From sequence record MZ475895.1: a DNA stretch of 64,000 nucleotides. The stretch is one strand, 5' to 3'. The notes under the pieces are model-generated. The model was given only the letters and a program-made list of their open reading frames with translations, made no database searches and was not told the DNA's origin. Shown piece by piece: positions 45,705 to 53,785 of the stretch (positions are counted from its first letter, which is position 1; every line of letters begins with the position of its first letter). The translations under genes were made by a program, and so were the position numbers.

Positions 45705-46042
45705 CAGAATAGCCATCTAATTGAATAGCAGAACAAGCCTGACCAAAAACCAATATGAGCGCAGTATGCGTGTTGCATGAAACGTGATTGCACATACGGC
45801 TTTAGGAAGCAATCATACAGCGCACCATACATACCACCGAGTGCTGCGAACACTAGCATCGTACAGGCAAGCTGCATCTGAGGCATATCTACGACAAAGA
45901 TACCAACAAGGACGATCAGCACTTCAACGATTACCAGATGATAGATGTTCAGCGGTTTGGTGAAGCCTCCGCACACAAGAGGTCTGAGGTCAGCAGACGC
46001 AACCATCAAAAACAGGATTAGAAATTGATAGTCGATTGACAT
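45704..46042 (-). CDS. Small multi-pass membrane protein (holin candidate by position)
   Basis: 112 aa with 3-4 hydrophobic segments, directly upstream of the endolysin. Confidence 0.5.
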   Translation of the reverse strand: MSIDYQFLILFLMVASADLRPLVCGGFTKPLNIYHLVIVEVLIVLVGIFVVDMPQMQLACTMLVFAALGGMYGALYDCFLKPYVQSRFMQHAYCAHIGFWSGLFCYSIRWLF

Positions 46043-46347
46043 GCGTGATCGACCTCATCGGTTGTGATGCGTTGTTGACGTCTGGCCTTGAGGGCGACTT
46101 GTGCCATCATACCGTTCTTGACCATTTGCTGCAACTCTTCCTCAGTCAGTGCGCTCATTGCCTGTTTGATATGACTAAGGTTAGCGAGGTCGCGAGGGTC
46201 GAAGTGGTCAGAATGTTTGTGGACGACAGCACTGCCAAGACGACCAACATCCATTCCTGCACAACGATGCCAGACTTCATCCGCATCAGGGTCAGTCTGC
46301 ACAAGCAGCGTGCCGTGACGCTCAACGTCATGAATGTTACGACTCAT
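46018..46347 (-). CDS. Hypothetical protein
   Basis: Start MSRNIH with GGGAG RBS. Confidence 0.55.
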   Translation of the reverse strand: MSRNIHDVERHGTLLVQTDPDADEVWHRCAGMDVGRLGSAVVHKHSDHFDPRDLANLSHIKQAMSALTEEELQQMVKNGMMAQVALKARRQQRITTDEVDHACQSTINF

Positions 46348-46348
46348 A

Positions 46349-47062
46349 TCAAACTCCCTGATTAGCAACGTAGGTGTCGGTGATGTTCGCAGTCTTCTCA
46401 ACGTTACCGCGAATGTAACCTATCTCAAACACCTGCACATTATGTTTGACCACAGCTTCACCGTCAGTCTCACACGCACCGCTATGAATGTCCAAGAAAG
46501 CCTGACACAATCGGTCAGTAACAGGCTTAGCTAAGATCTTCATCAGCGTATGCTTCTGGACAGCAGTCATCTTGATCGGCAGTGCATCAATCTCACGCTC
46601 GATAGACTTGCGCCCGCCACCGTACACCCAACGACAAATAGTGTTAGTGATTGGCTTCTGGTGCGTCTTGCTCGGCAGCTTATAGATGAATGTCATCAGG
46701 CTATAGAACAAGCTGCCATCGACTGCGCGTTTCTTCAAGTCATCAAGATAAGCACCGACAGGTGACAGCTTACCTTTCTGAGGAACTAATTGGTCGAGCT
46801 TGAGATCAACATCAAGCCCGTAGCGGTTAAGCACCTCAGAGTGACCGAACACAAAGACGATGTGCTCTGGCAGATCACGAATCGCAATCGCGTTGCGACT
46901 GTAATCACGCGAGCCTACAATGAAAATGTATTTGCGGTATTTCTTCGCTGGATTTAAGAACCCATTGGACGGCACAAAGGTGACGCGCTGTGCTTCACCT
47001 TTCTTTTTAAGCCACCCCATCACCTGCTCTGGGCTCTGTCGCGTTACTGCAATTACTGGCAT
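46349..47062 (-). CDS. Hypothetical protein
   Basis: 237 aa, coupled to sbcC. Confidence 0.6.
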   Translation of the reverse strand: MPVIAVTRQSPEQVMGWLKKKGEAQRVTFVPSNGFLNPAKKYRKYIFIVGSRDYSRNAIAIRDLPEHIVFVFGHSEVLNRYGLDVDLKLDQLVPQKGKLSPVGAYLDDLKKRAVDGSLFYSLMTFIYKLPSKTHQKPITNTICRWVYGGGRKSIEREIDALPIKMTAVQKHTLMKILAKPVTDRLCQAFLDIHSGACETDGEAVVKHNVQVFEIGYIRGNVEKTANITDTYVANQGV

Positions 47063-49383
47063 CAGATCACCTTACGACTAAGAGACGACACACCAGACTT
47101 CTTAGTGACCGTCCACTGATTGTTAGAGAAGTGCTCAACATCGTTTGGAGTTATCCAGTAGATGTTAGGAATGATCTGCTTGAGAATCGGCAGGAAGTTG
47201 TTGACGATGTGACTGCTCACAGCAGGACTGCAACTGTTGTCCGGCTCATCAAGAACGATGAAGTTGGTGCGACGGTTAGCCGGAATGAACGGCATGATCG
47301 CTACAGCAAACAGCAATCTAAAACAGTTCGTCTCTGCACCACTCATGATACCAATGTCCGTAGTCTTCTTAGAGATCATACGAGTCACGGTAGCACCAAC
47401 ACCCTGCTTGGTCGTGAACAAATCAAAGTGCATCGGTTCAGGGAACACAAGCGAGGAGTATTCGTTCAGCTTCTTCTCAATCTGTTTCAAACGACCTTCG
47501 ACGGCTTTCAGTTTCAGCGCGTTGTTCGAGTATGCTTTGTATAGCACCTCAAACACTTTGCGCTTATCGATCAGAGGCTGCAAGTCCGCGAGCTTGCCAC
47601 GAAGTTCCTTGAGAGTCTCCTCGTAGTGCTCATGCTCTTGGATGCGCATCTTGATCTTCTGGGCCTTGTGCTCTTTCTTATCAATGTCGTCTGTCAGCTT
47701 CTCAACTTCCTGAGTAACCTTCTTGAACTCGGCATCAAGCAGATAGAAGTCGTTGGAAGGTTTGCCTACAGCTTTGAGCGCACCAAGCAATTCACGCAAC
47801 GTCTCAAGGTCTTCGATGCGACCCTCAATGACTTTACGTTTCTTCTTCGGCTTCTCAATCTTCTTCGGCTTCTTCAATGAATCGAGGCGAGTGTTGAGCT
47901 TGTCATACTTCTTGGCAGACTCAAACTGCTCTTCCATTTTATCCAACAGCTTACCGACCTTCTTCATACGAGCTTGAAGTTCTTCACGGTCGAGCTTCGG
48001 CTTCTTGACCTTGTTGTCCTTGAGAGCCTGGAGTTCAGCAGACAACGCATAGTAGTCCAGAGCTTCGATGCAGTCATCAACAGTAGCCCGTGCACGGGTT
48101 GCCGCTTTAGCCATCGACTTCATATCAACATCCTGAGAACACGTAGGGCACTTTGTACCTTCAACATGTTCGGACAGATGCTCAAATGCTTTTACGATTG
48201 CTCGCGCTTCTGCTCGCGCATCACGAGCTTCTTCCTCAGTTCGTTTAGGACTTTTGAGCTTAGATAGCCGCTTTTCCAATTGTTTGACTGAGGACTGCCA
48301 TGCTCGGTATTCTTCTTGCTGGCCATCAATCTCCTCCAGGAGCTGTTCGATTTCTTCCTCTTCGGCCACCAGCTTGCGATGCTTCTTGCTTGCGGCTTTG
48401 CTATCAAAGTCCGAGCAATCGCCGAGTTCTTCAAGTTGCTTGTGCAGCTTTTTCAGATCTGCCTTATACTCTTCCAGCAGTTCCTCATACTCGGCGTACA
48501 TGTCGTGCAGTGCAAGGTCGGAGCGGAGTTTCTTTAGCTCCTGTTTGGGATCATCTGACTCAATGCCAAGCGTGTCGAGTTGATGTTTAATCTTCTCATA
48601 CTTCTTGGCAGTGTTACGTTCGGTACTTACTTCAACCAGACGCTCGGACAAGTTGTTACGCTTGGCCTTGAGCTTGTCGATCATGCTGATAATACTTTTC
48701 AGCGTGTTCTTTTCTTCTGCATGGATGTCCAGCGCGTTTTGTTTACGCTGCATAACGTCCAGCATATCGGCCAGGCCTTTAGATTCTGTCTCGGCATCTT
48801 TTGCCAGATCAAGTTTCTTCTTGAGCGCTGCGCGAATGTTATCGAACACATCGAGGTTGAACAAGCTGGTCAGGTACTTGAGACGATCAGCAGGAGCAGC
48901 ACGCTGGAACGGATGAGAGATCTGCGACTGGATGTAGCAGTAGCTGTAGAACTCATCTTTAGACAGAGGCCAGTGCTTCTGTACCCAAGAGCGTGCAACG
49001 TCCTGACGACCAACCTTCTGGTCTTCGCCGTTGTAGAATACCTGATACTTGGTAGACGACTGCACGACACGAACGATGCCACCAAGCGGTGACTTCCATG
49101 ACAGGTCAATCGAGCTACCCTTGCCGAGCATGTTACCCTTGTCTTTCTTTTTCATCGCAAGGGGATCAGCTTCATACAGCAAGGTAGGTATTGCAGCGAA
49201 CAGCATACTCTTACCTACGCCGTTCGTGTTTTCCTTAACGTCTGGACTATCGAGGTTCTTCCCGCAGATTGTTGCGAAGCCCTCTTTGTCAAGGCCATCA
49301 ATGTCGAGTTCCTTGTATACGCCAACGTCGCGCAAGTGAATCTCTTTCAGGCCAATACCGTGTTGCTGTTTTACTTTCGCCAT
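47062..49383 (-). CDS. sbcC: SbcC/Rad50-like ATPase
   Basis: NGVGKS Walker A, long coiled coil with a CPTC hook, MSGAE signature, VLDEP Walker B. Confidence 0.9.
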   Translation of the reverse strand: MAKVKQQHGIGLKEIHLRDVGVYKELDIDGLDKEGFATICGKNLDSPDVKENTNGVGKSMLFAAIPTLLYEADPLAMKKKDKGNMLGKGSSIDLSWKSPLGGIVRVVQSSTKYQVFYNGEDQKVGRQDVARSWVQKHWPLSKDEFYSYCYIQSQISHPFQRAAPADRLKYLTSLFNLDVFDNIRAALKKKLDLAKDAETESKGLADMLDVMQRKQNALDIHAEEKNTLKSIISMIDKLKAKRNNLSERLVEVSTERNTAKKYEKIKHQLDTLGIESDDPKQELKKLRSDLALHDMYAEYEELLEEYKADLKKLHKQLEELGDCSDFDSKAASKKHRKLVAEEEEIEQLLEEIDGQQEEYRAWQSSVKQLEKRLSKLKSPKRTEEEARDARAEARAIVKAFEHLSEHVEGTKCPTCSQDVDMKSMAKAATRARATVDDCIEALDYYALSAELQALKDNKVKKPKLDREELQARMKKVGKLLDKMEEQFESAKKYDKLNTRLDSLKKPKKIEKPKKKRKVIEGRIEDLETLRELLGALKAVGKPSNDFYLLDAEFKKVTQEVEKLTDDIDKKEHKAQKIKMRIQEHEHYEETLKELRGKLADLQPLIDKRKVFEVLYKAYSNNALKLKAVEGRLKQIEKKLNEYSSLVFPEPMHFDLFTTKQGVGATVTRMISKKTTDIGIMSGAETNCFRLLFAVAIMPFIPANRRTNFIVLDEPDNSCSPAVSSHIVNNFLPILKQIIPNIYWITPNDVEHFSNNQWTVTKKSGVSSLSRKVI

Positions 49384-49604
49384 TAGATATACTCGAAGGC
49401 TTCTTCCTGAATCAAACCTTTACCGTGAGTCTGCTCGAAGATTTCGATTTCATCATCGGTGTAAGGCTCAGCAGATTCTGCGATTACGTGATACGCAATG
49501 CTTTCATCGCGGTTGGCCAGATGCTCAGGCTTTACGATACGCCACACTGGAACTTGAATTGGTTCGCGATCAATCATTGGTAAACAGTCTCCGTTACTAC
49601 CCAC
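49383..49604 (-). CDS. Small hypothetical protein
   Basis: 73 aa; start uncertain. Confidence 0.5.
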   Translation of the reverse strand: MGSNGDCLPMIDREPIQVPVWRIVKPEHLANRDESIAYHVIAESAEPYTDDEIEIFEQTHGKGLIQEEAFEYI

Positions 49605-49786
49605 ATGTCAGGGTCATTATACTTTTGACGCAGTTCTTGGAGAGCTTCGTCGGAAAGAGGTTGGCTGGTGGTGCAGACGCATTGAGCAACGACCTCCGGC
49701 TTAGAAGTAACAGGGTTAATGTCGTGATCGTGACGCATCACGTTCCACTGTTGCTTAGGGGTCATTGAAATATAAAGGTGTTCCAT
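49574..49786 (-). CDS. Small hypothetical protein
   Basis: 70 aa; weakly similar in pattern to 49383..49604. Confidence 0.5.
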   Translation of the reverse strand: MEHLYISMTPKQQWNVMRHDHDINPVTSKPEVVAQCVCTTSQPLSDEALQELRQKYNDPDMWVVTETVYQ

Positions 49787-49823
49787 AGCGCTTGCCTATG
49801 TGTAGTGTATTGTTGATGGACGT

Positions 49824-49832
49824 TATTTACAG
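49824..49832 (-). promoter_or_regulatory. CTGTAAATA motif heading the sbcC-containing operon
   Basis: 38 nt upstream of 49786, after a terminator. Confidence 0.6.
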
Positions 49833-49850
49833 TATTTGAGGCATACAGAC

Positions 49851-49881
49851 AAAAAGAAGGGCCACCATCTAGGCAGCCCTT
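49851..49881 (-). terminator. Intrinsic terminator
   Basis: GGGCUGCC-UAGAU-GGUGGCCC-UUCUUUUU. Confidence 0.8.
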
Positions 49882-49888
49882 GCATGTC

Positions 49889-50335
49889 TTAATATCTACG
49901 AGGCTTCTTAGGCTTCTTGATCGTAGACTTAGGACGCTTGATAGCCCGCAGTGCTTTGCGTGCTTCCACAATTTGTTTGGCTACAGTGGAACGACGAGCT
50001 TTGACCTGGTCTGTATCTTGGTCAGTGCCTTTCAGCTTATCGAGTCTGTTCCATTCTTGCACCAGACGATCAACAACACCAGCACGACCTACGCGTTGCT
50101 GGTTGATGCGCACAATGTCCTGATGAGTCTTCACGGAGTTTTGTGCGTCTTTCTGTTTAGCACGCGCAGATGCAACGTGGTCAGAGTTACCCTCAGCAGA
50201 CTTCTCGTTAAGCTGCTTACGTCTAAGTGCCAGACGGCGTTGCGCTTGCTTGAGTTCGTCTTTGGAGTTCTCCAGTTGCGTCTGCATGTCTTCAAGAGGA
50301 CTTGAGCGTGCGCTCAGACTAACGAGAAGTTCCAT
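49889..50335 (-). CDS. Basic coiled-coil protein with an SxSA leader
   Basis: Start MELLVSLSAR; Arg/Lys-rich. Confidence 0.6.
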   Translation of the reverse strand: MELLVSLSARSSPLEDMQTQLENSKDELKQAQRRLALRRKQLNEKSAEGNSDHVASARAKQKDAQNSVKTHQDIVRINQQRVGRAGVVDRLVQEWNRLDKLKGTDQDTDQVKARRSTVAKQIVEARKALRAIKRPKSTIKKPKKPRRY

Positions 50336-50342
50336 AGGTTCC

Positions 50343-50894
50343 TCACACAGGCTGTATGGTAATGATCTGGACGCCTTGTTCATTACGCGACTTGAGAATG
50401 CGGAAGCGGAAGTCTATTGGATAAATCCATTCGAGTTCATCCATAAGACCATCAAGAATCATCTCACGTTCTTCTTCGTCACCACCGAATTCTTTATCAA
50501 GATCAGCAGCCATGATAAGATTGTACGTGCGTTGCCAATAGTTGAAGGCTTTGTTCTTTGGCCCAGGAAGAATCTCCAGCATCGTGTCTGTCTTGCCTGC
50601 CTTTGCAAAACCTTTAGCAGTAGCGAAGTCTTGACTGAACGACAGGTACTTGTTGATCATCACGAAAGGATTCTTAGCCTGCTTAAACAGAGCCATGAGT
50701 TCTTTTTCGTACAGACCACGATACAGAGGCATCTCAGGACGTTCGGGGTATTTAGCGATCAGATCATCAAGCGCAGGGCTGGAGCGATTAGCGTCAATCA
50801 CATGCCCTTTATCGTGGAGCATCGTCCACATAATGTCTTGCTGTCTGTCGGTGTAGGCAGGTATCTTAGCACTGAGGCTAACCATGAGTTCCAT
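50343..50894 (-). CDS. ADP-ribosyltransferase (R-S-E clade, VIP2/Alt-like) with an SxSA leader
   Basis: LYRG, YLSFSQDFATAKGFA, DELEWIYP (ExE); N-terminus MELMVSLSAK. Confidence 0.75.
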   Translation of the reverse strand: MELMVSLSAKIPAYTDRQQDIMWTMLHDKGHVIDANRSSPALDDLIAKYPERPEMPLYRGLYEKELMALFKQAKNPFVMINKYLSFSQDFATAKGFAKAGKTDTMLEILPGPKNKAFNYWQRTYNLIMAADLDKEFGGDEEEREMILDGLMDELEWIYPIDFRFRILKSRNEQGVQIITIQPV

Positions 50895-50905
50895 ACAGGT
50901 TCCTT

Positions 50906-50933
50906 AAAAGAAAAGGCGGACCGAAGCCCGCCT
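50906..50933 (-). terminator. Intrinsic terminator
   Basis: AGGCGGGC-UUCG-GUCCGCCU-UUUCUUUU. Confidence 0.75.
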
Positions 50934-51022
50934 CTGAGTAATGTGCGCTATGCACTCGACGGTTAAGTCTCCTGCTATTGTTTTACCTCGTTGCAGTAAA
51001 CGAGGAGATAAGGATCACCTCC

Positions 51023-51559
51023 TCAGACGGTACCTAATACTTCAAGCACATCTTCGTCGTCCACACTTGCAGACCACGAACGCATAACAGAAGCATTGCC
51101 GCGATTGCCTGTCAGCATTGATTTAACTGCTGGTGTGGCTTCGATTTCGGCATAGTGTTCCAAGAGAGCTTTGTCATCTTTGAACCACATAATGGAGTTA
51201 CCATCCTTAGGGACGATCAAGAATTGGGTAGGCTTCTGGGTGACGTTTAGCGTCAGGTAGTAATCCCCAGCACCTTTAGGAGTCAGCATCGGCATTGGCT
51301 TCATCGCATACATGAAGTCCTTAGCGTGCATGAGTTTCTGATCGCCGAGCAACCAGATTGCGCCTTCTTCGCCTTGACGCACAGCAGACAAATCGCCTTT
51401 ACGTGTTGCAATCGTTCCGAATACATCTTTATCGAAACGTGACAGACCGAAGATCAGTGATGCGAGACGCTTCAGGTCCGGGGTCGTGCATGGACTGTTG
51501 ATTACAGCCATACCCTCAGACCCAAGTGTGAATTTAGAGAGTGAAATAAAGAGTTCCAT
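51023..51559 (-). CDS. Hypothetical protein with an SxS leader (alternative start 51571)
   Basis: MELFISLSK matches the MELxVSLS starts of the next two genes. Confidence 0.6.
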   Translation of the reverse strand: MELFISLSKFTLGSEGMAVINSPCTTPDLKRLASLIFGLSRFDKDVFGTIATRKGDLSAVRQGEEGAIWLLGDQKLMHAKDFMYAMKPMPMLTPKGAGDYYLTLNVTQKPTQFLIVPKDGNSIMWFKDDKALLEHYAEIEATPAVKSMLTGNRGNASVMRSWSASVDDEDVLEVLGTV

Positions 51560-51590
51560 CGTAACGTCCATACCGTCTTATGAATGTATG

Positions 51591-51600
51591 GTAAAATTAG
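51591..51600 (-). promoter_or_regulatory. Candidate late-type motif CTAATTTTAC
   Basis: 32 nt upstream of 51559, after a terminator. Confidence 0.5.
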
Positions 51601-51624
51601 TGTTCCTTAAGACATTTCTGAAAT

Positions 51625-51654
51625 AAAAAAGGGCGACCCTTAGGCCACCCTTTT
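51625..51654 (-). terminator. Intrinsic terminator after the clamp loader gene
   Basis: GGGUGGCC-UAAG-GGUCGCCC-UUUUUU. Confidence 0.8.
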
Positions 51655-51669
51655 GTTAGTTATTTACCA

Positions 51670-52947
51670 CTACTTCTTCTTTTTCTTCTTCTTGGGCTTT
51701 TCGTCTTCGTCGTCATCTTCGACTTCGTTACCCAATTTCACAGACAGCTTGCCTTCATAAATGTCGGCCATCAGACTGAGGATAGTTGATTCCAACATAA
51801 TGTCAGCAGGCACGGAGGTACTGTTGAATGCTACCTCTGCTTCTGCCAGTGCTTTCTGCAAATAGATCAGGCAAACAAGATTGACCTTAATCTTCTCTTG
51901 CTTAACCATATTCAGGAACATCTTGAGGCCAGCAGACTGCCACTTGTTTGTGTCAGAGTAATGACCGAGTGCACCGTGAAGTACCCAGCGTGCTTTCGCT
52001 ACGATTGCTCGTGGGTTGTTTGCTTCACGCAGGAACTGAATGACGCCGATAAGATCCATCGCAATGAACGCACCGATAGTCTGAACTGCTTTGCCTTCCA
52101 TTTCGATTTCTGGATCGGCTGCCGCAAGTTCTGCCACCAGCTTCTTATCAAACGCTTCACCACCTTTAACTGACGCAAAGATGTTTTGCATCATCGTGAT
52201 TGCACCACGCATCTGACCGCCTGAATACTCGGCAACCTGATGCAACGCTGATTCAGCTTTATCACGCGCTTTATCTTTCTTAGGCATGATGCCAAGAATA
52301 TCAGCGATCTCTGACAGACGCTTCGCAATGATGTCAGTAGGAATCGGCCTGATAGGAAGTTGTGTCATACGACTGATCATCGTATCTTTCATCTTCTCAG
52401 GGTTCGTGGTCACAAAGATGAACACGACATGCGCTGGTGGTTCTTCAATGATCTTGAGGAACTTCGATTCGGCTGCGCTCGACATGAGGTGCGCTTCATC
52501 GAGAATGAACACACGGCGCTTGAACATAGGTGCCAGAGGTGCTGAGTCAACGATGCGCTGCGAGCCTTCAACTTTACCAGAGTCGCTACCCATATCGAAC
52601 TCTTGCACGTCAGGGTGCTGGCCGTTGTTGTACATCATGCGACACGAGGCACACTTACCGCACGCGCTAAACGAATCACAGTTGATGTACTTTGCGACGA
52701 GACGCGCAAACGTTGTTTTGCCGCTACCCAGATGACCTGTGATAATCATCGTTGATGGAACTGTTTTCGACTTCTGCCAACCGTTCATGATCTTGACGAT
52801 GTGGTCTTGGCCTACATAGTCTTCGATACGAGTCGGTCGGAACTGAGCGGCAAAGTTTACCGTAGTCAGTTCAGTAGAAGATTCGGACTTGGAACTATCT
52901 GAACCAAAGTCGCGTTTCTTCTTCTTTTTCTTTTCTTCTTTCGCCAT
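51670..52947 (-). CDS. dnaX: DNA polymerase III gamma/tau-like clamp loader ATPase
   Basis: FRPTRIEDYVGQ, GHLGSGKTT, Zn motif CDSFSACGKCASC, ILDEAH, LKIIEEPP, ISR (SRC-like). Confidence 0.9.
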   Translation of the reverse strand: MAKEEKKKKKKRDFGSDSSKSESSTELTTVNFAAQFRPTRIEDYVGQDHIVKIMNGWQKSKTVPSTMIITGHLGSGKTTFARLVAKYINCDSFSACGKCASCRMMYNNGQHPDVQEFDMGSDSGKVEGSQRIVDSAPLAPMFKRRVFILDEAHLMSSAAESKFLKIIEEPPAHVVFIFVTTNPEKMKDTMISRMTQLPIRPIPTDIIAKRLSEIADILGIMPKKDKARDKAESALHQVAEYSGGQMRGAITMMQNIFASVKGGEAFDKKLVAELAAADPEIEMEGKAVQTIGAFIAMDLIGVIQFLREANNPRAIVAKARWVLHGALGHYSDTNKWQSAGLKMFLNMVKQEKIKVNLVCLIYLQKALAEAEVAFNSTSVPADIMLESTILSLMADIYEGKLSVKLGNEVEDDDEDEKPKKKKKKK

Positions 52948-52983
52948 GATGCTATTGCCCTTTAGTTTGATGCTTACTGTCGA

Positions 52984-52992
52984 TATTTACAG
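52984..52992 (-). promoter_or_regulatory. CTGTAAATA motif upstream of the clamp loader
   Basis: 37 nt upstream of 52947, after a terminator. Confidence 0.6.
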
Positions 52993-53001
52993 ATTTTAGA
53001 C

Positions 53002-53037
53002 AAAAAGAAAGGACCACATCCAAAATGGAGGGTCCTT
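53002..53037 (-). terminator. Intrinsic terminator
   Basis: AAGGACC...UCCA-UUU-UGGA...GGUCCUU-UCUUUUU. Confidence 0.7.
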
Positions 53038-53088
53038 AAAAAGTCTATCTCTGGTATGGGACAGCTATCACTAGTGGCAACAGGTGAT

Positions 53089-53298
53089 TCATGCAAAGCT
53101 CATCTCCCAGCGGGGCGTCACGCGGGAAAAGAGTTTAAATTCTTCAGGTGGGTTAGACTTGATTTCGTTGATGGCTGCTTCAACGTCATCGTAATCGTGA
53201 AGTCCAGCTTGTACGGTCTGCGTAACGAACGTACCATCTGAATTGATCAAGTCAGCGACGACTCGATAACTTGGGCGACTCTGTTGCATCCTAAACAT
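53089..53298 (-). CDS. Small hypothetical protein
   Basis: 69 aa; AGGAG RBS. Confidence 0.6.
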   Translation of the reverse strand: MFRMQQSRPSYRVVADLINSDGTFVTQTVQAGLHDYDDVEAAINEIKSNPPEEFKLFSRVTPRWEMSFA

Positions 53299-53337
53299 AA
53301 CATCTCCTGAATATTAAACCTCAACGTTCTTGAATTA

Positions 53338-53346
53338 TGTTTACAG
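53338..53346 (-). promoter_or_regulatory. CTGTAAACA motif
   Basis: 40 nt upstream of 53298. Confidence 0.5.
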
Positions 53347-53392
53347 ATTGCTTCGGTCCGTCCTTGCGATCTAAAGTCAGAATAGTCTTAAA

Positions 53393-53639
53393 CTCCAATA
53401 AGCTCTTGTTAGAACGTATTGGAGTCCACCCTGTCAGATGACGGTCGTTCAGGGCTTTCTCCCCGCACACTTATATAGCGCCGTGCGGCAGGCTGCGCTC
53501 GCGAGGTCTTATGTTTTCCACGGCAGGTGGTCCAGGAGGTAGCGTCCTCTGAAAAGATACCCGCCGCACAACAGCCTCGCTATCGGCCAATCAGCGATAC
53601 GCGGTGTTACGCTGAATCGACCTAAATGACTCTGGCCGA
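53393..53639 (-). ncRNA. Candidate structured non-coding RNA (multiple helices, predicted pseudoknot); family unknown
   Basis: ORF-free GC-rich gap with at least five complementary pairs; several mismatches become G.U wobbles only on the minus strand. Confidence 0.5.
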
Positions 53640-53650
53640 GTCGTGTACAA

Positions 53651-53703
53651 AAAAAAGAGTTCGGTCCCAATCAAAAAGATGGCGAAAAAGAAAGGGACCG
53701 AAC
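53651..53703 (-). terminator. Hairpin plus U8 tract (terminator/attenuator) upstream of the candidate ncRNA
   Basis: Perfect 10-bp arms GTTCGGTCCC / GGGACCGAAC, 25-nt loop, followed by UCUUUUUUUU on the minus strand. Confidence 0.6.
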
Positions 53704-53748
53704 AAAAGACACTCAGCGCAAACTCCTTATGCACTGTTTTTGTACTTG

Positions 53749-53758
53749 GGAAAATTAG
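53749..53758 (-). promoter_or_regulatory. Candidate late-type motif CTAATTTTCC
   Basis: Heads the non-coding gap; an AAGGAG element follows about 25 nt downstream. Confidence 0.35.
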
Positions 53759-53785
53759 TGACATTCCCTTTTATTCAGAAAATTC

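Noticed and set aside
46349-47062. Possible clamp-loader delta (HolA)-like subunit
   Set aside because: No motif support beyond size and alpha/beta pattern; left as hypothetical pending a profile search
53470-53596. GGCCAATCAG and TATATAA resembling eukaryotic CCAAT and TATA boxes
   Set aside because: Bacteriophage context; both are explained as parts of helices or loops of the structured region
53393-53639. Assignment of the structured region to tmRNA, RNase P or an HDV-like ribozyme
   Set aside because: No tRNA-like GGGGC...CCA ends, no RNase P P4 consensus, and the CCUCGC segment lacks the P3/P1.1 GG arrangement needed for an HDV fold
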